Shown in pieces: positions 19,866 to 30,586 of a stretch of DNA of 64,000 bases. Every line of letters begins with the position of its first letter. The stretch's first letter is position 1. The stretch is from Synergistales bacterium. GTDB lineage: Bacteria; Synergistota; Synergistia; Synergistales; JAFGMB01. The position numbers and the translations under genes are program-made. The stretch covers positions 832,001 to 896,000 of the forward strand of contig OY762654.1 in NCBI GenBank assembly GCA_963666205.1. Direction: 5' to 3'. The notes under the pieces are model-generated. The model was given only the letters and a program-made list of their open reading frames with translations. It did no database searches and was not told where the DNA came from.

Positions 19866-20951
19866 TTAAAGAGATCCTGTTTTTTCTACCCTGACTCTGA
19901 TAGCATCCAGCTCGTCAAGGATCTTCTGTGTCATGTTCTGACCGGGATAATGTTTGTCAAGCCATGGTTTGCATAGCTCTTCCCATATGGAAAGCATTTC
20001 GGCCTTATCCCTGAAAGCGGCTCTTTCTGCTGCTGAAGGATAGTAAATCTCGAAATTATCTTCATTGGCAAGCTGTTCCTGCATTTGCCTTACAGCCCTG
20101 CGAGCCAGCTCGTACTGGTGAATTTCAGCTGTTTTGGCTGCTCTTGTAATGGCATCCTTCATATCCTGGGGAAGGGCATCCCATTTCTCTTTGTTGACAG
20201 CGATCTGGTTACCATCCCACATCCAGTCAAGGGATGTGTAATATTTCAATACTTCGTAGTGTCTCTCTTCAATAAGGGAAGGCCACATGTCCCAACAACC
20301 ATCAACAACACCTCTGCTAAGGGCATTGTAAAGCTCGCCCCATGCAACGGTTTCAACGGTCATACCGGTACCTTTACCCATATTAACAAGGGCCATTACG
20401 CATCCAAGGGAGGAAGATACCCTCATCTTCAGATTCTTCAAATCTTCAGGAGTCTTGATGGGTCTTTCATTATTACCAAGGCCGTAGGGGCCCTGGCTGT
20501 TCGTGTAAAGGGTGTGCATTCCCACTTCGTTGTAGGCTTCTTCCATGACTTTGTAAAGAATTCCGTCCGGCTGTGAAAATGCGATGATAGCTTCGTCCCA
20601 TGATGAAAGGGTCCAGGGCATCCAGTTGAACATTCCACCAGGAACAAGATTTACGTAGGGAGCAAAGTTACCGATCTCTATGCTGCCCTCCTGAACGGCA
20701 TGGAATATCTCGTTATGACTTCCAAGAATTCCATTTTCGAAGAATTTGATCTCCATACGACCATTTGTATAGGCCTTGACCAAATCACAGAACAGCTTCA
20801 TTGATTCACCCTGGGTAGCTCTAACTGTCGTTTGAGCAAATTTCCACTGGTACTCCGGACCATCCTTTGCCATTACCGGAGCACTTGACAGGGTAAATAC
20901 CAGACCTGCTACGAGCAGAAGACAAATCACATATTTCATCGTATTTCTCAT
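19866..20951 (-). CDS. dctP: TRAP substrate-binding protein
   Basis: Signal peptide, TNGRMEIKFF, PEDLKNLKMRV, ELYNALSRGVVDG; start MRNTMKY at 20951. Confidence 0.9.
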   Translation of the reverse strand: MRNTMKYVICLLLVAGLVFTLSSAPVMAKDGPEYQWKFAQTTVRATQGESMKLFCDLVKAYTNGRMEIKFFENGILGSHNEIFHAVQEGSIEIGNFAPYVNLVPGGMFNWMPWTLSSWDEAIIAFSQPDGILYKVMEEAYNEVGMHTLYTNSQGPYGLGNNERPIKTPEDLKNLKMRVSSSLGCVMALVNMGKGTGMTVETVAWGELYNALSRGVVDGCWDMWPSLIEERHYEVLKYYTSLDWMWDGNQIAVNKEKWDALPQDMKDAITRAAKTAEIHQYELARRAVRQMQEQLANEDNFEIYYPSAAERAAFRDKAEMLSIWEELCKPWLDKHYPGQNMTQKILDELDAIRVRVEKTGSL

Positions 20952-21138
20952 ATTGAAGCCTCCTCTTCTTAAAGTGCACATTTTAGTGATGCAGACTTTT
21001 GCCAAAGATCCAACCTGAAAAACCAACAAAGAATCTCCTTCCTACCCCTCCTTTTACAGTCATATAATCAGGAAATAGTGTTGCAACTCTTGATTCCAAT
21101 ATAAAGAACATCAGTTATTAATACTCTAAAGGCTATAA

Positions 21139-22737
21139 TTACGTTCTTTTAGTGAAGCGAATTACCTTACCTGCTTTTTGAGGGGTGTGATTTCCCTCAC
21201 GTACAAGGACCTTCCCGTTAACAAGAACATACTCGATACCTTTCGGGAACTGTATCGGATCAGCATAATCTGCCGTATCGACAACACTTTCCGGGTTAAA
21301 AACAACGATGTCTGCCGCATATCCTTCTTTGATAAATCCTCTGTCGCAGATCCCGAGCATGGAAGCGGGTTTCCCCGTCATCTTGTGAATTGCAGTAGCC
21401 ATATCCAGAACATTTTCATCCCTAACATATTTACCCAGTATTCTGGGGTAAGTCCCGTATACTCTGGGATGTGGCTTCCCTCCCAGGATCCCGTCTGTAC
21501 AGATATTCTGTTCCGGTCTTTGAAGAATCCTGATAACATGTTCCTCCAGGCCATAAAAATCAACAAGTCCTGCGGTGCACTCCTCTTCAAGAAGAAGGTC
21601 ATAGGTTGCCTCCAGAGGTTCCTTGCCCCTCATCTCACCAAGTTCAACCAGACTTTTACCAACGGCATTCTGATTCTTTTCTGTCTTCACAAATGTTACG
21701 TAAATCCCGTCAAGACCAGCAAAATCAACAAAGTTATCCCAGCCATGAATCCCATTAATAATGTCATGGGTCATTCGTTTCCTTGCTTCAGGATCTTTCA
21801 GCCTTTCGAGAAGTTTTTCAGTTCCTCCGTCATGGACCCAGGGAGGAAGTATTACACTCAGGGTAGTGCTCCCTGCGACATAGGGGTACTGATCAACGGA
21901 AACCTTTATTCCCTTCTGTGAACATAAATCCAGCTTCTTGAGAACTGCGTCAAAGTATTTCCAGTTTTTCTTTCCAGCAACTTTAAAATGAGAAAAATGG
22001 ATTCTACAACCACTCTGTTCGCCTATGGAGATGATCTCATCCATGGAATCAAGGATAGTATCGGCTTCGCTTCGCTGATGGGTCACAAAAACTGCATCAT
22101 TTTTCTTCAGGACTTTCGAGAGCTCTACAAATTCGCGGGTATGGGCAAAACTGCAGGGGGGATAGATCATTCCTGTAGACATACCAAAACAGCCTTCATC
22201 GATACATTTCTGGAGGAGTTCTTTCATTTCAAGGAGCTCTTCAGATGTGGGCTCCCTGTTATCCAGACCCATAACACATAATCTGACATTGCTGTGTGGA
22301 GCAAGATAGGCAAAATTGGGACCAAGATCCATAGCATCCAGTCTGTTAAAATAATCTGTCACAGACCTCCATTCCCAGTCTGCCTTATAATCCCCTTCAA
22401 GACCAGCCATTGATTTTTTCCAGGATTCCACGTACTTGTCAACGATAGGAGCAAGCCCCATTGCATCCTGTCCGACCAGACAGGTGGTTATTCCCTGCAT
22501 TATATTATGCGGCGTCTGGGGATGGACCAGAGCTTCCAGTCCTGAATGACTATGGGTATCAATAAAGCCCGGGGATACTACCATTCCTTCAGCATCGATA
22601 ACGGTCGCGGAATGTGACCCCGAAAGGTCCCCTAGAGCTTCTATATTGCCTTCCTTGATCCCGATATCTGACCGGGATCCTTCATTACCCGTCCCATCAT
22701 AGATTAAGCCATTTTTAATAATTACATCAAACAACAA
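21139..22737 (-). CDS. D-aminoacylase-like amidohydrolase (copy B)
   Basis: PGFIDTHSH, GQD, STGMIYPP, THQRSE, SHFK, DQYPY, HPRVYGTYPR; TTG start near 22737. Confidence 0.88.
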   Translation of the reverse strand: MLFDVIIKNGLIYDGTGNEGSRSDIGIKEGNIEALGDLSGSHSATVIDAEGMVVSPGFIDTHSHSGLEALVHPQTPHNIMQGITTCLVGQDAMGLAPIVDKYVESWKKSMAGLEGDYKADWEWRSVTDYFNRLDAMDLGPNFAYLAPHSNVRLCVMGLDNREPTSEELLEMKELLQKCIDEGCFGMSTGMIYPPCSFAHTREFVELSKVLKKNDAVFVTHQRSEADTILDSMDEIISIGEQSGCRIHFSHFKVAGKKNWKYFDAVLKKLDLCSQKGIKVSVDQYPYVAGSTTLSVILPPWVHDGGTEKLLERLKDPEARKRMTHDIINGIHGWDNFVDFAGLDGIYVTFVKTEKNQNAVGKSLVELGEMRGKEPLEATYDLLLEEECTAGLVDFYGLEEHVIRILQRPEQNICTDGILGGKPHPRVYGTYPRILGKYVRDENVLDMATAIHKMTGKPASMLGICDRGFIKEGYAADIVVFNPESVVDTADYADPIQFPKGIEYVLVNGKVLVREGNHTPQKAGKVIRFTKRT

Positions 22738-22943
22738 GAAAAAGACCCCTTCCTCTTTGTGCCAGGATCCTGATATCACACAGGTATATCGCTTCCCTTA
22801 CATGAAGATTTTTCTCGTTACACTGCCTGGAGCGTTGCACATCAGCAATCCAGCATCCATCTTTTCTTCAAAATGTTCTTGAAGACATATCTATAAATCA
22901 GGACGAGGCAGAGGTTCCTGAAAGAAACCCCTGCCTCATCCAT

Positions 22944-24407
22944 TTAAAGTAATCCTGTCATCTTGTTGAATTCATTGATTTTTTCGTCGATGCTTGAAGC
23001 CATTCTGTGAATGCTACCCCAATATTCCTCTGCATCGTACCACTGGGCGTTAAGCTCATCAAGCTCTTTTCCCTGCTGTTCGATCCATGTATAGTACTTG
23101 AGATTATGAACAGTCTTTCTGTCGTAATAAGTGAGTTCCTTCATCCAGTCAGTACCGAGACCGAGAATATGCTGGTGATAGTCGACGGCAGCATCTATTT
23201 CCCTGTACTCTCCATACTCCTCTTCCATTTCCTGAAGCCTTGAACCATAGAGTTCCATGGAATCAGTAAACACAGTGAAGATAAGGTCATTCTCTGTAAG
23301 CTCATAATACTTGGCCATCTTGATGGCCATGATAACGTTGGCAGCACTGGAAATGCCCATTAACGGGAGCTGCTCCATCAGTTCCGGTGATACTCCCTTT
23401 TCCTTGAGGTAAGCCCTGCCTGCAGGTTCATTGAAAAGGCGGATCATGGCCATACTGTCTGCATCATCTACATCTATTACCATATCTGTATTCTTGACAT
23501 TGTGGATCCAGGGAACATGTTTGTCGCCTATACCCTCTATCCGATGGGCCCCAAATCCGTTATAAAGAAGGGTTGGACACTGAAGAGCCTCTCCTACTGC
23601 GATCTTGCTGGTGGGGTATAGATCTTTCATATAATCCCCAGAAGCAAGGGTCCCACCGGAACCGGATGTGAGGGTTACACCAAAGAACCTGTCCTTGGGA
23701 CCAGCTATCTGCTTGAAAACTTCATCCATGGCACTTCCAGTAACTTCATAGTGCCAGAGGTGGTTTCCAAACTCTTCGAACTGGTTGAAAGCTACCACAT
23801 TATCCCTTGTCTTTTTGAGTTCCCAGGTTTTGTCAAAGATCTCCTTTACGTTGCTCTCACTTCCCGGAGTAGCTATGACCTCTCCGGCCACTTTGGCCAG
23901 CCATTCAAAGCGTTCTTTGCTCATTCCTTCAGGAAGGATAGCGATGGACTCACATGCAAGCAACTGGGAATTATAGGCACCTCCACGACAGTAATTACCG
24001 GTGGATGGCCAGATAGCCTTCTGGGTTGTCGGATCAAACTGACCAGTTACAAGACGGGGGACAAGACATCCGAAGGTGGCACCAACCTTGTGTGCCCCAG
24101 TGGGGAACCATTTACCAACAAGAGCAACTATTCTGGCATCTACTCCTGTTATCTCTTTTGGAAGCTCTACAAAGTTAACCCCGCCGTAAAGTCCGCCTTT
24201 CTTAACAGGTTCATTTTTCCAGGTAATCCTGAAGAGGTTAAGGGAATTAACATCCCATAGGCCTACATCCTTTAACTGATCCTTGACCTTCCGGGAAATA
24301 AGATCAGGATTTTTCATCTGTTCAAAGGTGGGAATTGCAATTTTCCTTTCCCTGGCCCGCTGAACAGTCCTCTTAAGCTGTTCCTCATTAATGGTAAGAT
24401 CGATCAT
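22944..24407 (-). CDS. Fold-type II PLP-dependent enzyme (beta family), substrate unknown
   Basis: FPTGAHKVG (PLP lysine), PSTGNY, TSGSGGT, HRIEGIGDKH. Confidence 0.8.
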   Translation of the reverse strand: MIDLTINEEQLKRTVQRARERKIAIPTFEQMKNPDLISRKVKDQLKDVGLWDVNSLNLFRITWKNEPVKKGGLYGGVNFVELPKEITGVDARIVALVGKWFPTGAHKVGATFGCLVPRLVTGQFDPTTQKAIWPSTGNYCRGGAYNSQLLACESIAILPEGMSKERFEWLAKVAGEVIATPGSESNVKEIFDKTWELKKTRDNVVAFNQFEEFGNHLWHYEVTGSAMDEVFKQIAGPKDRFFGVTLTSGSGGTLASGDYMKDLYPTSKIAVGEALQCPTLLYNGFGAHRIEGIGDKHVPWIHNVKNTDMVIDVDDADSMAMIRLFNEPAGRAYLKEKGVSPELMEQLPLMGISSAANVIMAIKMAKYYELTENDLIFTVFTDSMELYGSRLQEMEEEYGEYREIDAAVDYHQHILGLGTDWMKELTYYDRKTVHNLKYYTWIEQQGKELDELNAQWYDAEEYWGSIHRMASSIDEKINEFNKMTGLL

Positions 24408-24474
24408 TACAGCACATCTCCTTAATCAAGTATTAAATAATAGTCTCGTATATTAATTCAGGTTTTACTGATAT

Positions 24475-25731
24475 CTAATAACCGGCATACAGTGGAAATC
24501 TGCCGCATAGATCCATAACTTCGGCTCGTATCTTCGCCAGGCCAGTTTCATTCTCAATATTTACTACCGTCCGGTCTATCCAGTCTGCCAGAAGGTCCAT
24601 CTCGGGTTCCCGGAACCCCCTGGTCGTGACTGCCGGGGTTCCTACCCGGATACCGCTCGTCACAAAGGGGCTCTTCGTCTCAAATGGAACAGTATTTTTG
24701 TTCACTGTTATTCCAGCCTTGTCCAGAGCCTTCTCCAGATCCTTACCTGTAACTTCCCTGCTGGTGAGGTTGATCAGGATAAGGTGGTTATCCGTTCCCC
24801 CTGACACAAGATGGAAATCCCTCTTCAGCAATGCTTCAGCGAAGGCTTTCGCGTTCTTTACAACCTGCTCCTGGTATTCCTTGAATCCAGGCTGAAGAGC
24901 CTCCCTGAAAGCTACAGCCTTTGCCGCGATAACGTGCATCAGGGGACCTCCCTGCATACCCGGGAAAATAGCCTTATCAACAGCCTTGGCATATTCCTCC
25001 CTGCACATTATCATTCCGCCCCTGGGACCGCGCAGGGTTTTATGGGTCGTTGTTGTTACGAAATCACACCATGGAATGGGATCCTTATGGAAACCGGTGG
25101 CTATTAGCCCTGCTATATGGGCTATGTCGAACATTAAATAGGCTCCTACCTTGTCAGCTATGTCTCTGAACTTTTGTGCGTCAATCTCCCGGGGATAGGC
25201 ACTGGCACCGCAGACTATCATCTTCGGTTTGTGCTCAAGGGCCAGACGCTCCACTTCTTCAAAGTCTATGGTCTCTGTTTCATGGCTAACTCCGTAAGGT
25301 ACTATGTTGTAGAGCTGGCCCGAAAAATTGACGGGGCTGCCATGGGTGAGATGACCACCATGGGAAAGGTTCATTGCCAGTAGTGTATCCCCTGGTTTCA
25401 GTACTGAAAAATAGACGGCCATGTTTGCCTGGGAACCGGAATGGGGCTGGACATTGACATGGTCACAGCCGAAAAGCTCCTTTGCTCTGTCCCGGGCAAG
25501 ATCTTCGGCCTTATCAACTACTTCGCAGCCTCCGTAATATCTTTTGTGAGGATAGCCTTCCGCATATTTATTGGTAAGAACTGAACCCATAGCCGCCAGG
25601 ACAGCCGGGGTCACCACATTCTCCGATGCTATAAGCTCTATCCCGTGTCTTTCTCTCTCCAGTTCTTCACTGATCACTTCGAATATGGCCGGGTCGATAC
25701 TCTGGAGACACTCTCCTGCTTTACCGAACAT
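24475..25731 (-). CDS. glyA: Serine hydroxymethyltransferase
   Basis: [36 protein letters not shown]. Confidence 0.97.
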   Translation of the reverse strand: MFGKAGECLQSIDPAIFEVISEELERERHGIELIASENVVTPAVLAAMGSVLTNKYAEGYPHKRYYGGCEVVDKAEDLARDRAKELFGCDHVNVQPHSGSQANMAVYFSVLKPGDTLLAMNLSHGGHLTHGSPVNFSGQLYNIVPYGVSHETETIDFEEVERLALEHKPKMIVCGASAYPREIDAQKFRDIADKVGAYLMFDIAHIAGLIATGFHKDPIPWCDFVTTTTHKTLRGPRGGMIMCREEYAKAVDKAIFPGMQGGPLMHVIAAKAVAFREALQPGFKEYQEQVVKNAKAFAEALLKRDFHLVSGGTDNHLILINLTSREVTGKDLEKALDKAGITVNKNTVPFETKSPFVTSGIRVGTPAVTTRGFREPEMDLLADWIDRTVVNIENETGLAKIRAEVMDLCGRFPLYAGY

Positions 25732-25767
25732 TTTTATTCCACCTTTCTCTTCAATTATTGATTCTCT

Positions 25768-27009
25768 CTAGTTCATTTCACCAAGTTTACGTGTAAGATC
25801 TTTCATATCGGGATCAGCCAGGATGGGAGACCCAACAGCTTTTTGGGCACTTACAATATCTTTAAGGCCATTCCCAGTTACGATAAAAGCTATTCTCTCA
25901 TCTGGTCTGATATCACCCTGGAGGGCCATTTTTTTAAAACCGGCAAATCCCGTAACGCCTGCAGGCTCTCCAAAAACTCCAGTCTCTCTTGCCAGTTCGG
26001 GCATAGCCTCAAGTATCTCCTGATCAGAAACGGTTATCATATCTCCTCCGCTTTTTCTTACAGCTCTAAGTGCTTTGGCCCAGTTCCGGGGAGAACCTAC
26101 AGAAATGCTGTCAGCAATAGTATCTGCAGAGGTAAATGTAACCCTTTCAGTTCCAGACTTCACTGCGTTGTATATGGGCGACGCCCCTTCAGCCTGAACT
26201 CCTGTAATTCTTGGAATTCTCTCTACAAGACCAAGCTGGAAGAGATCAAAAAAAGCTTTATAAACACTGCTGATAATGCATCCATCTCCGACCGAGACAA
26301 ATATCCTGTCTGGAACATCCCAGTTCAACTGTTCGGCAATTTCAATAGCACAGGTCTTCTTGCCTTCAACAAGATAGGGATTTATGGCACAGTTACGGTT
26401 ATACCATCCCCATTTCTCGATAGCTGCAGTAGCCAGGTTAAAAGCGTCTTCGTAATCTCCTTTAACCAGTATGACCTGCGCACCGTAAACAAGGAGCTGG
26501 GTCACTTTGGCCGCTGGAGCTTTTTCCGGTACAAAGATATAGGATCCAAGACCTGCACATGCAGAAAAACCTGAAAGGGAACTTGCAGCATTACCCGTTG
26601 AAGCACATGCTACAATCCGCTGGTTGAAATCAAGGGCTTTTGCCACTCCGACAGCACTTGCCCTATCCTTGAGCGATCCGGTTGGGTTTCGTCCATCGTC
26701 CTTGACATATACATTTTTTACACCATATTTTGAAGCAAGCTTGGGGCTATCGTAAAGCGGAGTCCAACCCACCTCCAGACAGGGAATATTCCTTTCATCT
26801 TTAACAGGAAGAATAGAACTGTAACGCCACAGGCTTCTTTGCTGAAGCTTTGAAAAATAATCCCTTGAAAGCTTCTTCTTATTCTGGTCATAATCATAAA
26901 GAACATCCAGCGTTCCATCCAGACCACAGGATGGACATGTATACATGACTAAATCAGGATCATATTCTTTTCCGCAAAGAACACATCGTAAAGTACTGGG
27001 AACGGCCAC
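25768..27009 (-). CDS. thrC: Threonine synthase-like PLP enzyme with N-terminal Zn ribbon
   Basis: CxxC...CxxC, NPTGSLKDR, ASTGNA, VSVGDG, TGNGLKD. Confidence 0.8.
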   Translation of the reverse strand: MAVPSTLRCVLCGKEYDPDLVMYTCPSCGLDGTLDVLYDYDQNKKKLSRDYFSKLQQRSLWRYSSILPVKDERNIPCLEVGWTPLYDSPKLASKYGVKNVYVKDDGRNPTGSLKDRASAVGVAKALDFNQRIVACASTGNAASSLSGFSACAGLGSYIFVPEKAPAAKVTQLLVYGAQVILVKGDYEDAFNLATAAIEKWGWYNRNCAINPYLVEGKKTCAIEIAEQLNWDVPDRIFVSVGDGCIISSVYKAFFDLFQLGLVERIPRITGVQAEGASPIYNAVKSGTERVTFTSADTIADSISVGSPRNWAKALRAVRKSGGDMITVSDQEILEAMPELARETGVFGEPAGVTGFAGFKKMALQGDIRPDERIAFIVTGNGLKDIVSAQKAVGSPILADPDMKDLTRKLGEMN

Positions 27010-27026
27010 TGTAAATATCCTCCTGC

Positions 27027-28214
27027 CTACTCAAATACAGAACGGACTATACCGTAATAGCCCTCACAAGCTTTAACCAGCTGTTCTATTTCTATATATT
27101 CATCATCAACATGGGCTAGTGTTTCAAGGGAACCTCCGTAACCCAGGGTCGGGATTCCAGCCTTGCCTGCGTAGTAACTTCCATTAGTACAGAAATAATA
27201 ATGGGAAAGGACAGGATCCTGACCTGCAGACCTGAGGCCCTTGAGTGCAATCTGTACAAATTCATGGTCTTCAGGAAAGAGCCAGCCGGGCGCAAATCTT
27301 GTTGCTTTTATCGGCTCTCCGGTATAACACATGTCTTTACCCACTGCGAGATAGAGCCTTGTCTTCAGTTCAGGATCAGATAAAGCGACTTCATCAATTA
27401 TCTGCTGTACCTGCTGCAGGACTATCTCTTCGCTTTCCCCGACAAGCAGCCTCCTGTCAAAAGTCACTCTGCATTGATCAGGAACTACACTGGCACCCGG
27501 ATATGGTGAAGATATGATATCCGTGACCTCCAGGATGCCTTCTCCCAGAACGTCGTTCGATGCTGGAACAAATTTCTTCTCTATCTCTAAAAGGACTTTC
27601 ATCATCTTCTTGACAGCGTTAAGACCCACAGAAGGGTTTGAGGAGTGGGCAGTCTTGCCCAATGTTTCAAGAACCACCTCTGCTCTGCCCCTCTGTCCTC
27701 TTTTCAGGGTAAGATTGGAAGCCTCTCCGATTATTACAAGATCAGGCCGATATCGCTCTCCTATCAGCTCCGATGCAACACCCTCAAAACATTCCTCATG
27801 AACGGAACCGGCAACGATAATTTCACCATCAAGATCATCTCCATGATCTTCCTTCAGGTAAGCTGCTGCCTGGATCATAGCTGACAGGTTTCCCTTCATG
27901 TCTGAAGTAGCTCTGCCATATATCTTTCCGTCTACTACCTCCGCTCCAAAGGGGTCATAGTTCCATTTGGAAGGATCACTGATATCAACGTGATCCATAT
28001 GACCTTCCAGAAGGATTTTCCGGCCCCCTTTTCCAAGGATTATCCGGCCTATAACATTACCATAGGTATCTACTTCCACACTATCAAACCCCAGATCCAC
28101 CATTCTGGACCGGACGAGTTCTGCTACATTCTTTTCCTGGCCGGACAAGCTTGGCTGCTGGATCATTTTCCGGCAAAAGCAAACGAGTTGTTCCTTTCTC
28201 TCCTGTGTGATCAT
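27027..28214 (-). CDS. M20 metallohydrolase, YgeY-like (intact active site)
   Basis: GHMDHV, GRATSDMKG, VHEE, IGEA, RGQRGR, AHSS, FCTNG, AH..DE. Confidence 0.88.
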   Translation of the reverse strand: MITQERKEQLVCFCRKMIQQPSLSGQEKNVAELVRSRMVDLGFDSVEVDTYGNVIGRIILGKGGRKILLEGHMDHVDISDPSKWNYDPFGAEVVDGKIYGRATSDMKGNLSAMIQAAAYLKEDHGDDLDGEIIVAGSVHEECFEGVASELIGERYRPDLVIIGEASNLTLKRGQRGRAEVVLETLGKTAHSSNPSVGLNAVKKMMKVLLEIEKKFVPASNDVLGEGILEVTDIISSPYPGASVVPDQCRVTFDRRLLVGESEEIVLQQVQQIIDEVALSDPELKTRLYLAVGKDMCYTGEPIKATRFAPGWLFPEDHEFVQIALKGLRSAGQDPVLSHYYFCTNGSYYAGKAGIPTLGYGGSLETLAHVDDEYIEIEQLVKACEGYYGIVRSVFE

Positions 28215-28244
28215 TATGAACTCAACCCCTATGCAAAGATTTTT

Positions 28245-29438
28245 TTATTTTGACAGGACTTCCCTGGCTATACCATAGTAGCCAAGGAACCCTTTCAAGA
28301 GCTGATCAATCTCAATATACTCATCTGTAATATGGGCGAGGACTTCTCTGGATGGACCAAAAGCAATTGTCGGTATATCGGCTTCTCCTCCATAGTAGCA
28401 ACCATTGGTTCCGAACCCGGCTCTATTCGATAGTACTGGTTCAAGTCCCACATTTTCCAACCCCTGAAGAGCTGTCCTGATAAAATCATGGTCATCAGGA
28501 AAAAGCCATGCTGGAGCAAAATGCTCCCCCCTTATAGGAACTCCGGTATAACATGAATCTTCAAACCTTGAAAGCCTGACATTTACCTTCATATTCGGGG
28601 TTTCCCTCGAAGCAATTCCAATAATTTCTTTTATCTGGGCGAGAACTCCATCCCTTGTATCGTTCAATAAAAGCCTGCGATCGAAGACTGCCCTGCATCT
28701 GTCGGGAATAGCGCCAGTGTTGCGCTCCGGAAAAGAGAGAAGGTTTGTCAGCTCAAGAATGCCCTCCCCCAGAAAGTTATGATTTTGAGGAACAAAGTAC
28801 TTCTGAATGGCAGAAAGAAGGGATATCATGTGCATCGCAGCATTAATTCCATAACCCGGGTTGGCTGAGTGGGCCATTTTCCCCATGGTCTCCAGAATAA
28901 TTTCAGCTCTGCCCCTCTGCCCTCTTTCCAGCTTGAGATCTGAAGCTTCTCCGATCACCACCATGTCCGGACAATATTTTGAGGCTATAAGATGAGATGA
29001 AACTCCCTCAAAACGTTCCTGATGAACCGTTGCTGCAACAATAAGTTCACCTTCCATTTCGTCCTGGCGATCCTCCTTGAGCGATGCTCCGGCAAATATC
29101 ATGGCGGAGAGACTGCCCTTCTGATCGGACGCTCCTCTGCCATAGATTCTTCCATTTTCAAGAAATGCGCCGAAGGGATAGTAAGTCCATTCAGATGGAT
29201 CCCGCACCTCCACCTGATCCATCTGAGCTTCCATGAGGAGTGTTTTCCCGGGTCTGGGAAATTTTATTCTACCAATTACATTACCGTAATAATCCACATC
29301 AACCGAATCATAATCAAGGGAGAACATTGTTTCTCTAACGAAAGAAGCAACTTTTCTTTCATGGCCGGAAACACTGGGATATCTTATCAGGTCCTGGCAT
29401 AGTCCAATTATTTCTTCTTCTCTCTTCTGATTAAGCAT
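28245..29438 (-). CDS. M20 metallohydrolase, YgeY-like paralog with altered catalytic motifs
   Basis: Colinear with the neighbouring paralog, but AQMDQV replaces GHMDHV and VHQE replaces VHEE. Confidence 0.8.
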   Translation of the reverse strand: MLNQKREEEIIGLCQDLIRYPSVSGHERKVASFVRETMFSLDYDSVDVDYYGNVIGRIKFPRPGKTLLMEAQMDQVEVRDPSEWTYYPFGAFLENGRIYGRGASDQKGSLSAMIFAGASLKEDRQDEMEGELIVAATVHQERFEGVSSHLIASKYCPDMVVIGEASDLKLERGQRGRAEIILETMGKMAHSANPGYGINAAMHMISLLSAIQKYFVPQNHNFLGEGILELTNLLSFPERNTGAIPDRCRAVFDRRLLLNDTRDGVLAQIKEIIGIASRETPNMKVNVRLSRFEDSCYTGVPIRGEHFAPAWLFPDDHDFIRTALQGLENVGLEPVLSNRAGFGTNGCYYGGEADIPTIAFGPSREVLAHITDEYIEIDQLLKGFLGYYGIAREVLSK

Positions 29439-29559
29439 TAGCTATCTCCCGTAAGATAGTGACATAATGTAAAAACCTGAACTATTAACAATTATAGATG
29501 GGTATGTATTATTTTCAATAAACATTTTCTGATATAATTGATAGTAAATTTCTAATGTC

Positions 29560-30483
29560 ATGGGGGGGGTAAGCTTGATCACTTTTTATCAACTGGAATC
29601 TTTCTGCAAGATCGTGGAAGAAGGTTCCTTTCGCTCCGCAGCTGAAAAACTTTTTATTTCACAGCCCTCCATCAGTCAGCATGTAGCCAGCCTTGAAAAA
29701 CACTTCCAGATCCAGCTTTTTATAAGACAGGGAAGAAAAATAAGACTCACACCCGAAGGAAGGTTACTCTACACTACTGCAATTCAGATAATCGAAAAAA
29801 TCGGGACCCTGGGAGAAAGATTCAAGGATCTGAAAAACCTGAAATTTGGAGAACTCAAGATCGGATGCTCGAACTTTACCGGTTCTTACATACTCCCCCA
29901 TGCCCTGGACTTTTTCCGCCATAAATACCCTCTGATAAAGGTATCAATAATATCTGGAAGGGTCCGGGAGATACTCCAGAACTTGAATGACAATAATCTG
30001 GAACTGGTCATTCTCGGGAAAAACCTGAATTGGGCAACTGAACCTCAACTGACTTATAAATCCATAGGTATGGACGAACTGGTTTTCGTCGCAAATTCCG
30101 CCCATCCACTTGCAAACAGTACCGTCAAGGTCCGAACCCTTGAGAAAGAAACTCTTATAACCTATTCCGAAAGGAACAACCTTAATTCCTATATAAAAGA
30201 TTTCATTTTGAGATACGAACTGAGACCCACTAATATCATAGAGGTGGATGACCTGGGCATAGCTAAAAAGCTCACTCTTCAGGGTCTGGGTATAACCCTG
30301 GCCAGTAAACTGGCTGTTGCGGAAGAGATAAAAGAGGGAACTCTCAGCCTGATCGATCTGGAAGACAGGGAAAGACTGACATGGGAGATAAATGCCATTT
30401 ATCACTCCAGCAGGGGACTTACTTATGCAGGATGGGAAATGCTGAAGATCCTTGAAAAAATGGCTGGTCTCACTCTCACTTAA
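29560..30483 (+). CDS. LysR-family transcriptional regulator, divergent from the catabolic locus
   Basis: SFRSAAEKLFISQPSISQHVASLE HTH, LTPEG; start may be TTG at 29575. Confidence 0.93.
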   Translation: MGGVSLITFYQLESFCKIVEEGSFRSAAEKLFISQPSISQHVASLEKHFQIQLFIRQGRKIRLTPEGRLLYTTAIQIIEKIGTLGERFKDLKNLKFGELKIGCSNFTGSYILPHALDFFRHKYPLIKVSIISGRVREILQNLNDNNLELVILGKNLNWATEPQLTYKSIGMDELVFVANSAHPLANSTVKVRTLEKETLITYSERNNLNSYIKDFILRYELRPTNIIEVDDLGIAKKLTLQGLGITLASKLAVAEEIKEGTLSLIDLEDRERLTWEINAIYHSSRGLTYAGWEMLKILEKMAGLTLT

Positions 30484-30586
30484 GGCAAATTATGATAATT
30501 ATCAGTTCGTATCCCCATTTCAAAATGATTTATTCTCTATAAAAAGGTACAATTCTGAATGATTCCATTGAAAGAGGAGGTATAAA

